Virus record (IMG/VR): IMGVR_UViG_3300033273_000658
Location: 64,001-128,000 of that record
Direction: 5' to 3' (one strand)
Length of the DNA: 64,000 nucleotides
From: a virus
Both the position numbers and the translations under genes were made by a program. A model generated the notes under the pieces. It searched no databases. It saw only the letters and a list, made by a program, of their open reading frames with translations, and was not told the origin of the DNA. Of this stretch, positions 27,831 through 37,873 are shown piece by piece; the first letter of the stretch is position 1, and each line of letters starts with the position of its first letter.

Positions 27831-28334
27831 ATGAACGCACTAACCAAAAGACAAAACGAAGTCTACAACGACATAATAGATTTTATCATTCACAATCATA
27901 GATCCCCTAGTTATCGTGAGCTAGGTGATAGACTTGGAATTAAAAGCACAAATGGTGTCTTTGACCATGTAAAGGTTCTTAAACAGAAAGGCCTTTTAAG
28001 AAATGAAACAAAGATAACACCTGTTTCTATGCCTAAAAAACAAACAACTAGTGTTTCTCCGTCATGTATTGGGTTAAACAAGACTCAAAAACTACTATTA
28101 TTCACAAGATTATTGACAAAGATAGGTTCAATGCCAAAAGATGAAATCTTATCTAAGTATGGAATCTGCGAAAGAACTTGGAGACGTTGGAAAAAAGATA
28201 TGCATGGAGCCGGTATTGCTGTTTATACATGGCGATGTAAAAAAACAAAGACCTCCTTGGTGGGTACACCCCATGCCTATGTCCAAGCTATGATTGATGA
28301 AATGAATGAAAAATTAAACAAAAGGAGTAAATAA
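27831..28334 (+). CDS. LexA-like winged-HTH protein lacking the S24 peptidase domain; second HTH at C-terminus
   Basis: LTKRQ.EV...PSYRELG..LGIKSTNGV.DHVKVL..KG; no LexA-type V.AG cleavage site or Ser-Lys domain; EILSKYGICERTWRRW. Confidence 0.75.
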   Translation: MNALTKRQNEVYNDIIDFIIHNHRSPSYRELGDRLGIKSTNGVFDHVKVLKQKGLLRNETKITPVSMPKKQTTSVSPSCIGLNKTQKLLLFTRLLTKIGSMPKDEILSKYGICERTWRRWKKDMHGAGIAVYTWRCKKTKTSLVGTPHAYVQAMIDEMNEKLNKRSK

Positions 28335-28539
28335 TGATTCACCACAACGCATTTTATATGTTCCTCATAAATACAGGAATAGTGCTATTGTCAGCTTATT
28401 TCTTGGATAGATGGGCAACCTACACCCAAAGAAAGCCAATTTCCAAAAAAAATAAAAAAAATACTTGACAAAATAATTTCAACCCTATAAGGTATAAACA
28501 TCTTCACAACGAAGAACTTTCAACAACAACGGAGACAAC

Positions 28540-28821
28540 ATGTCATTTACCGACCAACAACTAAAACAACTAGGCACGTATGAGATACAAAATCTATCAG
28601 ATGAAGAACTCAAAGAACTTACTGTTTCACAATTGGAAATCATCAAAGATACTTTACAAGATGAACGAGACGAACTTGCAAACGAATACAATACTGGCGA
28701 CCCTCTTTGCTATCCCCCTGACTGGTATGATTACCACGTATATCCTCTTGATAGTGCAATCTCAAAGATCGAAGATCTCATGAAAGACGATGAAAATTCC
28801 GATGAAGATTCATGGTATTAA
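28540..28821 (+). CDS. Small acidic protein
   Basis: Sole gene between two promoter cassettes. Confidence 0.6.
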   Translation: MSFTDQQLKQLGTYEIQNLSDEELKELTVSQLEIIKDTLQDERDELANEYNTGDPLCYPPDWYDYHVYPLDSAISKIEDLMKDDENSDEDSWY

Positions 28822-28926
28822 AAAAACTTTAACTTTTTTCTTGACAAAGCTTTTCAACCTAATTATTATATAAACATCTTCACAGCGAAGAACTTTCAAC
28901 AACAACAAAACTAACGGAGGCCTCCC

Positions 28927-29988
28927 ATGGCTATTGACTTCAAAACATTCTCTAACGTAATCAACCCTATCCTTAACGCAAAGTTCCCTGTCCTCGTTCG
29001 TGGTCGGCACGGTATCGGTAAATCTACCATCGTTTACCAAAAAGCCAAAGAACTCGGTCTGCCTGTCGTAGAGCGTAGAGCATCCCAAATGACTGAGGGG
29101 GACTTGCTTGGCTTGCCAAAGCAATCAGACAATGATGTAACTGAGTGGTGTCCACCAAAGTGGTTCAAGACTGCTTGTGATACCCCTGTTGTCCTCTTCC
29201 TTGATGAAGTAGACCGTGCAACACTTGAAGTCCGTCAAGGTATCTTTGAACTATGCGATAGCCGTAAGATTGCCGGTCGCAGTCTTCATCCCGACACCCT
29301 TATCTTTGCTTGTGTCAATGGCGGAGAACATGGTTCTCAATACCAAGTAGGTGAGATGGATCCCGCAGAACTTGACCGCTACACTGTCTTTGACGTAGAA
29401 CCTACGGTAGAAGATTGGCTTAACTGGGCAAAGGGTAATGTTGCCCAAGAAATCTGGGATTTCATCAATCAGAACCACAATCATCTTGAACACAATGATG
29501 ACTACGAGCCTAACAAGGTTTACCCATCAAGACGTTCTTGGGAACGACTATCCACGACTTTGTCTGGAATGGGCGATCAGATTGAGGGTTCATCTGTAAC
29601 CTACCATATCGCTTGCTCTTTCATTGGCTTTGAGGGTGCAGTGGCATTCAAAGACTTCCTTGACAAATACGATCGTCAAGTCACCATCGAAGATCTTCTA
29701 GATGATGGTAAGTTTGACAAGATCAAAGGTTGGAAAATCAACGATCACAATGCCATGGTCGAAAAGATGAAAGCAAAGAACATCTTTGCAGACCGTCTAT
29801 CCGACACACGTCTTGATAACCTTGCAAAGTACTTCTTGCAACTTCCATCCGAGATTGTCATGGTTCTATGGCAGTCCATGGCTCAGACCGATGAGTCTAC
29901 CTACAACATCGCTAAACTTTGGGCAATCGAAGTGGATGGTACATCTATTCAAGACTATGTTGTCGGTATCCTCAACGCAGGAAACTAA
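28927..29988 (+). CDS. MoxR-like AAA+ ATPase
   Basis: Walker A GRHGIGKS, Walker B LFLDE, MDPAELDR, SRRSWE. Confidence 0.88.
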   Translation: MAIDFKTFSNVINPILNAKFPVLVRGRHGIGKSTIVYQKAKELGLPVVERRASQMTEGDLLGLPKQSDNDVTEWCPPKWFKTACDTPVVLFLDEVDRATLEVRQGIFELCDSRKIAGRSLHPDTLIFACVNGGEHGSQYQVGEMDPAELDRYTVFDVEPTVEDWLNWAKGNVAQEIWDFINQNHNHLEHNDDYEPNKVYPSRRSWERLSTTLSGMGDQIEGSSVTYHIACSFIGFEGAVAFKDFLDKYDRQVTIEDLLDDGKFDKIKGWKINDHNAMVEKMKAKNIFADRLSDTRLDNLAKYFLQLPSEIVMVLWQSMAQTDESTYNIAKLWAIEVDGTSIQDYVVGILNAGN

Positions 29989-30056
29989 GCCACAAAGGCT
30001 TTGGCTCCTTGTGCCTTGAAACAAGGAGACTATAATCCCTTTCTATGGAGATACCC

Positions 30057-30395
30057 ATGAGAATACACAAAGGTACATTCAAGATACGAGAACATGATGA
30101 TGGTGAACGAAAGTGGTCTTATTACGATGGATCGTATGGCAACGACTTCCCTTTCTATGTTCATCGTAAAGAGAACGAAAAGTGGTGGACTTTATCTCAC
30201 ATGTCTACTGGCTACATGATAAAGAAGAACCTATCACTGAAAGAGGCAAGGCGATTGTGCAAGGCTCTCAAAGAGTGGCCTTTGTTCCTAATGCCTACTG
30301 CTGAGACTTTGAACCATCAAAAGTCTTTACTACCAACCTACAAACAACAACTACTTAACAACATTGTACACAATGCAGGAGAAACCAATGAGTAA
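30057..30395 (+). CDS. Hypothetical protein
   Basis: WTLSHMSTG motif; GGAG RBS. Confidence 0.55.
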   Translation: MRIHKGTFKIREHDDGERKWSYYDGSYGNDFPFYVHRKENEKWWTLSHMSTGYMIKKNLSLKEARRLCKALKEWPLFLMPTAETLNHQKSLLPTYKQQLLNNIVHNAGETNE

Positions 30396-30594
30396 TAACG
30401 AGATCAACATTACACTGAACATATCAGACGAACTACTATCCAAGCTAATCATGGCTATGCAACCACAAAGCAACTCCATGGGAATACCCTTGCAAGCTCT
30501 CATGGGTATGGCTATGCCACCACAAGCACTTCCCAAGGCAGAAAAGCCCAAGAAGAAAGCACCTATGGGTTTCAAAACAGGGAGCGCAGAATGA
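30388..30594 (+). CDS. Hypothetical protein
   Basis: AGGAG RBS; C-terminal PMGF. Confidence 0.5.
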   Translation: MSNNEINITLNISDELLSKLIMAMQPQSNSMGIPLQALMGMAMPPQALPKAEKPKKKAPMGFKTGSAE

Positions 30595-30833
30595 GCAGAC
30601 CAAAATTGCAGTATAGCAACATAACGTACTACGCAATACAAAGGCAAAAGCTGGAGTTTCCACCAGAACTTGAAGAGTTATCTGAACCTTTGGAAGTCAA
30701 GTCATTGGCTCAAAAGATAGAGGAAGCGCACACAAACCTAGATAGAATAGAATTTTCAAAAAAAAACTTGACAATTCCTATCGAACAGAATAATAGTAAA
30801 TTATCACCCCAACAAGGAGATTCCAATGAGTGA
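30591..30833 (+). CDS. Hypothetical protein
   Basis: ATGA-coupled ORF. Confidence 0.45.
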   Translation: MSRPKLQYSNITYYAIQRQKLEFPPELEELSEPLEVKSLAQKIEEAHTNLDRIEFSKKNLTIPIEQNNSKLSPQQGDSNE

Positions 30834-32064
30834 TAACGAAACAACAGAAAAGTTTGACTTGAACATGCACACTTTCCGTTTGCTACAACAAGAACCGTTC
30901 TTCGCAAGTCTTTCAAGACGTATTCACAAAGCACCATCCAAGCACATTCCAACTGCTGGTGTCCGTATCAATCCACAGTCAGCACAGTTTGAGATGCTTT
31001 ACAATCCAGAGTTCATGGCAAGTCTTACAGACAAGCAAAAGCTTGGTGTTCTAATGCACGAGTTTTACCACATCATCTTTGAGCACGTCACCACACGACT
31101 TCCAGCAGAGGGTATGTCTATGAAGTGGAACGTTGCAACAGACCTTGCAATCAACAGTCACATCATGGACATGTTGCCGGAGGGTGGATGTATCCCATCA
31201 AAGGTTGGCACTCCGTTTGAGAACTATCCTGTCGGTCTATCTGCTGAGGCTTATCTAAAGATAATCGAAGAAGATGAGCAGTTCAAGAAAGACGATGGTC
31301 AAGGCCAAGGTGACGGTCAAGGTGGTCAAGGTGACGGAGATCCATCACAAGGGCAAGGCCAAGGTTCATCGCTGGGCGATCATGTTCTTGACGATCATAG
31401 TGGCTGGGGCGATGTAGATGAAGAGACAAAGGCTATGGCCAAAGAGCGTTTGAAAGACGCTATGGAGAAAGCCGCAAAGGATGCGTCAAGCGGTCAAGGC
31501 TGGGGTTCTGTATCGGCAGACGTTCGTAAGCAGATCATGGACGCTATCACACCGAAGATTGACTGGCGCAAGGTTCTTCGATACTTCATCAAGACCTCAC
31601 AGCGTAGCAACAAGCGATCAACCGTTCGCAGATTGAACCGTAGGTTCCCTTACATTCATGCTGGCCGAAAGGTTACACGTCAAGCCAAGATTGCTATCAG
31701 CATTGACCAATCGGGTTCTGTTTCAGACACCATGCTTGCCTCATTCTTCGCAGAACTCAATAGCCTATCAAGCCTTGCCGAGTTTACCGTTGTGCCTTTC
31801 GATACCGAAGTAGATGAGAGCCTTGTCTACACATGGAAGAAAGGTGAGCGCAAGACATGGGAGCGTGTCAAGTGTGGTGGCACATGCTTTGACGCTCCGA
31901 CACGATACGTCAATGAGAACGGTTTCGATGGTCACATCATCTTGACTGACATGGAGGCTCCAAAGCCGATAGCCAGCAAGTGCCAACGCATGTGGATGAC
32001 TGACCAACGAGGCAAGGAGAACCCTTACTTCACAACCAATGAACGTGTCATAGCGATAGACTAG
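30826..32064 (+). CDS. DUF2201-like zincin plus vWA protein (MoxR partner)
   Basis: HEFYH, WNVATDLAIN, Gly/Gln linker, DDHSGW, MIDAS IDQSGS, GGT, ILTD. Confidence 0.85.
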   Translation: MSDNETTEKFDLNMHTFRLLQQEPFFASLSRRIHKAPSKHIPTAGVRINPQSAQFEMLYNPEFMASLTDKQKLGVLMHEFYHIIFEHVTTRLPAEGMSMKWNVATDLAINSHIMDMLPEGGCIPSKVGTPFENYPVGLSAEAYLKIIEEDEQFKKDDGQGQGDGQGGQGDGDPSQGQGQGSSLGDHVLDDHSGWGDVDEETKAMAKERLKDAMEKAAKDASSGQGWGSVSADVRKQIMDAITPKIDWRKVLRYFIKTSQRSNKRSTVRRLNRRFPYIHAGRKVTRQAKIAISIDQSGSVSDTMLASFFAELNSLSSLAEFTVVPFDTEVDESLVYTWKKGERKTWERVKCGGTCFDAPTRYVNENGFDGHIILTDMEAPKPIASKCQRMWMTDQRGKENPYFTTNERVIAID

Positions 32065-32072
32065 GTGATAAC

Positions 32073-32819
32073 ATGATAGGGATGTTGTATAGAACGAAAC
32101 ACAGCAAACACATATATGCTTGCATAAGCATAGACTATGCACACATCCCCTACTTCACCATGGTCTGTATAACAGACGGAGACACATGGGTAGTCAAGGG
32201 ATTGAGAGAGCTAGATAGATACTTTGAACCCCTAACAACACCGGAGGAAGAATGATTGGTACACTATGGAGATTCAACGAAACCGGCAAGGTATACATTC
32301 TCAAAGAGAAGTATACCACAAGACAAGGGAATGAATACTGCGTATTCATACAGCCATGTGGCAACCATGTAACACTTCGTGACTACTTTATCAAGAAAAC
32401 TATGACTAAGATAACCTACTCTACCCCTACCAAGGAGAAACCATGATCGGTACACTATGGAAATGTCGAAAAGGCAAGGTTTACATTCTCAAAGACAAAT
32501 ACTATACAACAGGTGGGGCACTATACTATGTGTTCACGACACCCAGCCTAGGCCATGTGAGACTTCGTGATTTCTTTGTAGAGAGATCTATGACCAAGAT
32601 AGCCTAACCTACTACCCTACTACCCCACCCCCAACCAAAGGAGAAACTATGGTCGGAACACTATGGAAGAGCGAGAGTGGTATAGCAGTATGCACTGCAT
32701 GCAAAGATGGGTTCTACACACTGAGATACCTTGACGCTCCCGATTGCTTTGCTCACATAAGCGAGAGCAGTCTACACTTCTACTACACACAACTCACACA
32801 ACCACAGGAGGAAACATGA
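32073..32819 (+). CDS. Four tandem paralogous micro-genes M(I/V)GxL(W/Y): 32073-32255, 32252-32446, 32443-32607, 32649-32819
   Basis: MIGMLYR, MIGTLWR, MIGTLWK, MVGTLWK; copies 2 and 3 share GKVYILK.KY..LRD.F...MTKI. Confidence 0.65.
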
Positions 32820-32951
32820 GTAAACCTAAGCACACGATGGACAAAGTAACCATCACAACACGTACCAACACAGGAACACAAGTGCGTGTCCTGTCTCCAA
32901 AGGAGATCAAGCGCACAACCAAGTACAACACCTTTCACTACGGAGGCAAGG

Positions 32952-33200
32952 ATGGAGGATAAAACTGCAATCACTATCAAAGCAGTCAAAGAGGCTCTAG
33001 ACTTCATAGAGAATCTATGGGGCAATTGGGATGGAGATCTTCATGACTTCGTTGCGAACGTCATAAGTGAAGATACTGTTACACAGTATGACGTGCAACA
33101 CCTTTTGGATGCTCTCTCCAAAGGAGAGCATGTGGATGGGATTGAGACTCTCTATGTCAATAAACGAGGTTCAAAGTACCAAATCAAAATCAAACGGTGA
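32952..33200 (+). CDS. Hypothetical protein
   Basis: ATG after GGAGG. Confidence 0.5.
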   Translation: MEDKTAITIKAVKEALDFIENLWGNWDGDLHDFVANVISEDTVTQYDVQHLLDALSKGEHVDGIETLYVNKRGSKYQIKIKR

Positions 33201-33241
33201 ATGAGGTAATGTAAGGGGCAGTTTCAGAGTAGAGGCACCTC

Positions 33242-33277
33242 TTGCAATTTCCATGCCAAAAAAATTTTACGTAACTC
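33242..33277 (-). promoter_or_regulatory. Island B: one sigma54 composite site
   Basis: Reverse complement GAGTTACGTAA-N8-TGGCATGGAAATTGCAA. Confidence 0.75.
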
Positions 33278-33390
33278 AGACCAGCTCACAACCATCCCCT
33301 AAGGGGATGAAAAAAACTTTCACTTTTTTCTTGACAACCTTTTCTGAACCCTATAAGAGTATTGTACCAACCCAAACCGATGGAAACAAA

Positions 33391-33615
33391 ATGAACAAGA
33401 TCATTTACTTCTACACAATCTACTGGAAATCATTTCCAACTCAGTACAGACCATCCGAGATAGAATCACTGAGTATAGCTTATTCCGAGAACAACGTACC
33501 AAAGGATAGATTCGATCATCATGATGCTGTTTTGGATTATCTTATAGATACCAATCCAAACCCCTTTGAGTCAGTGCCAGAATTTATCATCATCAAGACC
33601 ACAACAGAACAATAG
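33391..33615 (+). CDS. Hypothetical protein
   Basis: ATG at end of cassette. Confidence 0.6.
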   Translation: MNKIIYFYTIYWKSFPTQYRPSEIESLSIAYSENNVPKDRFDHHDAVLDYLIDTNPNPFESVPEFIIIKTTTEQ

Positions 33616-33623
33616 GAGACACC

Positions 33624-33848
33624 ATGAAGTTCCAACCAACAATCCTTATAGACAACGACCTCTACATCAAGATCGAAAAAGGGGAAGTAAAACTTCAATG
33701 TGGCCAATGGATACAACTTGAATGGTGTGATAAACCATCACGATGGGTTGGACTTACCAAAGCCAGAACTTTATGGGCAGTTCACTATCCAGTCAAGATG
33801 AACCAGTTCAAAACATTGTGCAAGAACATAAACCGATTCCAATCATAA
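33624..33848 (+). CDS. Hypothetical protein
   Basis: AGGAG RBS; LQCGQWI..SRWVG. Confidence 0.6.
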   Translation: MKFQPTILIDNDLYIKIEKGEVKLQCGQWIQLEWCDKPSRWVGLTKARTLWAVHYPVKMNQFKTLCKNINRFQS

Positions 33849-34016
33849 TAGGAGACAACCATGAACAAAACTGAAATGTATAGACAACAACTTCGTCAAC
33901 TTCGTAGCAACTTCTATGCTAAAGACAAGCCCACTTTTCAAGAAATGATGGAGTTTGCACAAGAAGAAATCTACCTTGTAAAGAAGATGAACGGAAAGTT
34001 TTAATAGGAGACAACC

Positions 34017-34199
34017 ATGAACAACAAAATGCCTTTATCCTCCATCTTTGATGGGAAAGACCACGAAACCTTTGTATCCATCAATCTTGCCTTGCAAGCT
34101 CTAAACATGGACGGAGTACCATCTGAATTACGAGAGATTACCGAACAAGCTCTTGTGGAATTGCTAAAAGCCAGTTTTGACATGAACAATTGCAACTGA
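34017..34199 (+). CDS. Hypothetical protein
   Basis: AGGAGACAACCATG start. Confidence 0.55.
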   Translation: MNNKMPLSSIFDGKDHETFVSINLALQALNMDGVPSELREITEQALVELLKASFDMNNCN

Positions 34200-34282
34200 G
34201 AAATTTATTTTCAACTTTTTTCTTGACAACCTTTTCTGAACCCTATAAGAGTATTATACCAACCCAAACCGATGGAGACATC

Positions 34283-34537
34283 ATGTCAAAAATGATACAA
34301 CTTGAACCACCCTTTGATAAAGAAATGCCTACCTTTGATGCAATCATGATTGCCGAGGGTGTTGTGCAAGCCGAGAGCAGAGAACAATACATCCAAGCAT
34401 GGCAAGTACTCATCGACACTGGCATGGCCTATCAGCTACAAGGATGGTTCCATAGAACGGCAGATGCTCTTATAGAGAACGGTCACTGCACACCACGAAA
34501 GACACAACAAGCCAACAACCAAACATACTCATGCTAA
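34283..34537 (+). CDS. Hypothetical phage early-type protein
   Basis: WQVLIDTGMAYQLQGWFHRTA motif; cassette start. Confidence 0.6.
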   Translation: MSKMIQLEPPFDKEMPTFDAIMIAEGVVQAESREQYIQAWQVLIDTGMAYQLQGWFHRTADALIENGHCTPRKTQQANNQTYSC

Positions 34538-34901
34538 TAATGGAGAACATCATGATTTATTTCGTAGACTACACATACAACACAACAGGCGCAAACTTTG
34601 GAGCGCAGTACGGTTTCATGCGAATCAAAGCAACATCCAAAGCAGACGCAATCACCAAAGCTAAAAAGCAAGCCCCACGCAACGCAAAAGGCTTCAAGGC
34701 TACACCTGTATAACGGAGACACACATGAATGAAACAGAAGTATTCCTTGCACTCCTTTTCTTATGGGCAACCTTTCTTCTCTTCTCATTGGGCATTGTAC
34801 CTACATAATCAAAGCCTTATAAAAAAATTCAACTTTTTTTCTTGACAACCTTTTCTGAACCCCTTATATAATAAACACCAACCCAAACTGATGGAGACAA
34901 C

Positions 34902-35285
34902 ATGTCACTCATTCTACAACAAAACAAACAAGAAATCAAAGACTTCTGCCTTGACCGACTTCGTGAGCTATCAATCTACATGGGCAATCAAGACTTCCGA
35001 GATGCTTATGTTTCTGACCTGCATGACGACATCTTTAACCGAGACTATTACATCATTGGTCACTACCAAGCTAAACAATGGATGGGGGATTCTGCTTTCG
35101 ATATGATCGGAGACGTTGTAGAGTATGAGCGAGACAACTTCGGAGAAGTCCATACAGACCTTTCTTCTCCCGAAAGCGTTGTGAACATGTGGGTTTATGT
35201 GGAGGGATGGAACATCATTCATAAGTGTTATGAAGCTGTTGTGATGGAGTTGGGTGATGAGCAATGCCAATTGGATGTGACATAA
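34902..35285 (+). CDS. Acidic protein, possible Ocr-like DNA mimic
   Basis: D/E-rich and helical; DLHDDIFN.DYYIIG. Confidence 0.4.
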   Translation: MSLILQQNKQEIKDFCLDRLRELSIYMGNQDFRDAYVSDLHDDIFNRDYYIIGHYQAKQWMGDSAFDMIGDVVEYERDNFGEVHTDLSSPESVVNMWVYVEGWNIIHKCYEAVVMELGDEQCQLDVT

Positions 35286-35361
35286 AATCTCATCTTTTTT
35301 CTTGACAAAGTAAACCGAACCCTATAAGAGTATTATACCAACCCAAACCGATGGAGACATC

Positions 35362-35649
35362 ATGAACAACTATCTTGACCTTGCACTACAAGCCTACCGT
35401 AACGGAACCATGGACACCCGATACGAATACTTCGCAGAAGTAGCTACCCTTGCGAAATTGTATAAAGACTTGCATACGCTTTACTTTGAGATTGATGAAC
35501 TGCAAGAAGAGAAGAATCCCGATGGTTCCTATGTGGACAACACCGAAGAGCTGGAGCGCATGAGACAAGCGTATCGCAACACCCAAGAAATGCTCCATGC
35601 CTATGAAGAATACGCAATCCCCCTCATCTGCAAGCAGGTGTTGAAATGA
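35362..35649 (+). CDS. Hypothetical protein
   Basis: Cassette start. Confidence 0.6.
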   Translation: MNNYLDLALQAYRNGTMDTRYEYFAEVATLAKLYKDLHTLYFEIDELQEEKNPDGSYVDNTEELERMRQAYRNTQEMLHAYEEYAIPLICKQVLK

Positions 35650-35792
35650 GCGACAAAGACTTGAACGCCCTTGCAATAATGATCCTTGTCCTTGCCCTAC
35701 CTTTTATCCTATGCTAACATTCATCATCATCCAACTAACCGTATCAATCACCTACTCATACTTGACCATCTACCTGAACAATCGGAGACCAC

Positions 35793-35981
35793 ATGAAAAA
35801 TAAATCTTTTAATACTCTTGAATCTGCCTATAAGTACTACGATGTTGTATCTCAGAACTATGTAGCTTTCCTTATACTCAATAGAGAAGAAGACAAGTAC
35901 GAAGTAATCAATCAAGACTTGTATGACCACTACGCTTTTGAGTTTGATCTTGACATGGTTATCATGGACTTTGTCTGCTAG
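35793..35981 (+). CDS. Hypothetical acidic protein
   Basis: GGAG RBS. Confidence 0.55.
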   Translation: MKNKSFNTLESAYKYYDVVSQNYVAFLILNREEDKYEVINQDLYDHYAFEFDLDMVIMDFVC

Positions 35982-36045
35982 GCTACTCCCCTCTACCGTA
36001 CTACCCCCCTACCCTACCCCCCTACCTAACCGACCGGAGATTTAC

Positions 36046-36288
36046 ATGAACACTCAATCCACCCTCACACAAATTATCGATAGAACCCTTGCACTCATTG
36101 ACAACGGACTTGAACGCTCCGTAGGAGACATGCGCCTTATGGACGCTCTTGAGCTTGTGGGTGTCCTCATGGACATACGTGAACGTCAGCTCGTATACGA
36201 TAATGAGCGCAGTGTTTCCGAGCCTATTCCATCATGCAGAAAGGCATGTATGAAAAAGCCCAAATGCAAAGGTACAGATGGGCTATAA
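36046..36288 (+). CDS. Hypothetical protein
   Basis: ATG after GGAG, downstream of a C-rich tract. Confidence 0.5.
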   Translation: MNTQSTLTQIIDRTLALIDNGLERSVGDMRLMDALELVGVLMDIRERQLVYDNERSVSEPIPSCRKACMKKPKCKGTDGL

Positions 36289-36492
36289 AACGGAGGAAAT
36301 AAACTTTATGAAAGTATTGTTTTGTGGCGTGTTATGGATGTATTGAAATTTTCCTTTATTGTCGGGAGTATCTGAGCTAAAACAGCTCCTAAGCACACCA
36401 CCCACTACTAAGTAGTACCCCCAAAACTAAAACGCCTTTTTTCCCCGAAACTTTTGAAATAGGGGAATCTTTTTTTTGCCCAAAATCTAATT

Positions 36493-36665
36493 GAAAATGA
36501 GAATCATTATCAAAATGCGCCTTGCAATTTCCGTGCCAAAACTTCTTTACATAACTCCGAGCCGATTGTCCTTGCAATTTCCGTGCCAAAACTTCTTTAC
36601 ATAACTCCGAGATCACCCGAAAATACCCCTTGCAAAAAGCGTGCCAAAAAAATTTCACATAACTC
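36493..36665 (-). promoter_or_regulatory. Island C: Fur box plus three sigma54 composite sites (42-bp exact direct repeat, period 50)
   Basis: GAAAATGAGAATCATTATC at 36493; sigma54 sites at 36522, 36572, 36630. Confidence 0.8.
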
Positions 36666-36816
36666 AAAACAGCTTTCCAGATAGCTGGGATTAAGGTGGC
36701 TCCCGTAGGGAGATAAAAAAAATGAAAAAAAAGTTTGACACCAGAAACACCATCGGATAGAAGTAAGTATCGGCTTTTTTCGATGGTCGAATTTTCACAT
36801 CCCTTTCGGAGCTATC

Positions 36817-37116
36817 ATGCCCTACTACGCTTTCTTCCACTGTTCCCACTGCAATTGCCTCCTCCCAGAACATGATCAATCCTTTGGATTCTACCGAGAC
36901 GATAACGACAAAGCAGTTTGTTTACGTTGCTTCAGCTCTCTTGATGGAGAACTACCTGTCGATGTACAACAAGCATTTGAGGCTATCATAGAGCGTATGG
37001 ATGAGTATCACGAGACCTTTCGTGGAGCTATGGTTCATGTGTCCTATGAGTATGGTACAAATGAGACGCACCACCAACAGCTTTGGGCTATGTACCGAGA
37101 TCTATACAAGTCCTAA
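36817..37116 (+). CDS. Zn-finger hypothetical protein
   Basis: CSHC...CLRC; promoter TTGACA at 36735. Confidence 0.55.
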   Translation: MPYYAFFHCSHCNCLLPEHDQSFGFYRDDNDKAVCLRCFSSLDGELPVDVQQAFEAIIERMDEYHETFRGAMVHVSYEYGTNETHHQQLWAMYRDLYKS

Positions 37117-37463
37117 AAACCGGCCTTTGAAGGCCCTTCCTTTAACATCCAACCCCTAGCGAGATAAACTCATGATGTACAATAATCACTTCAATCCGTT
37201 CCCCTATCTAATCATTGCAATCTATACCTCCCTAATCTTCATTGGCCTTGCAGGGTTCTATCAGAACATAGCACACCCAAAACCCTTGCCAAAGGTAGAG
37301 ATTCCCCACAATGAAGTCGAAATCACATTTATTTCAAAATAATTCTTGACACCACCAAAATAACCCAGTATACTGTATAGAGACGATAACGATTGAGATA
37401 ATGAGTTTCAAGACTGCTGAATCGATCCGAAGTCTCTCCAACCCCTCCCAAATAGGAAACCCC

Positions 37464-37808
37464 ATGCCACGTTACTTTTCTTGCTCTTGCCACCTCAACA
37501 CCGAAACCACTTGCCGACACGATAGAGATCCTTTCAATGCTCTCCGTATGAGAACCGACTGGACTGTAGCTGACTTCGATGGTCTCAGCTCAAAAGAAGT
37601 CCAAGCTATCAATGAGTCCAATGCACGATACAACCAGCTTGCAGAAGAGATTGAGGAGATGAACATCTCCATAGCTATGCGCCAGATGGACGATGGAACC
37701 TACAACAAAAAACCACGTAGAACCAAGCGTATCAAACGCGTCTCTCTCTCAGAAGAACAACAAGCCGAGATTATCGCAGATCTCAAAGAGGACGGCTACG
37801 AAGTGTAG
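37464..37808 (+). CDS. Hypothetical protein
   Basis: Promoter TTGACA-17-TATACT at 37346; AGGA RBS. Confidence 0.55.
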   Translation: MPRYFSCSCHLNTETTCRHDRDPFNALRMRTDWTVADFDGLSSKEVQAINESNARYNQLAEEIEEMNISIAMRQMDDGTYNKKPRRTKRIKRVSLSEEQQAEIIADLKEDGYEV

Positions 37809-37873
37809 CCAACTCTTCTACCCTACTACATACCACCCTACTACCCTACTACCCCACCCCCAAGGACATACCC

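Larger units (their letters stand above)
33323..35364 (+). repeat. Four near-identical ~65-bp promoter+RBS cassettes (TTGACA at 33331, 34223, 34842, 35302)
   Basis: Consensus TTTTTTCTTGACAACCTTTTCTGAACCCTATAAGAGTATT..ACCAACCCAAACCGATGGAGAC..ATG with few substitutions per copy. Confidence 0.85.

Noticed and set aside
36389-36667. ORFs over the regulatory islands (also the 33253 extension, 38260-38460, 40169-40375, 41915-42124)
   Set aside because: Their peptides (WH..CK, YVTQ, ENDSH) are just translations of the DNA motifs in different frames and strands, with no RBS.
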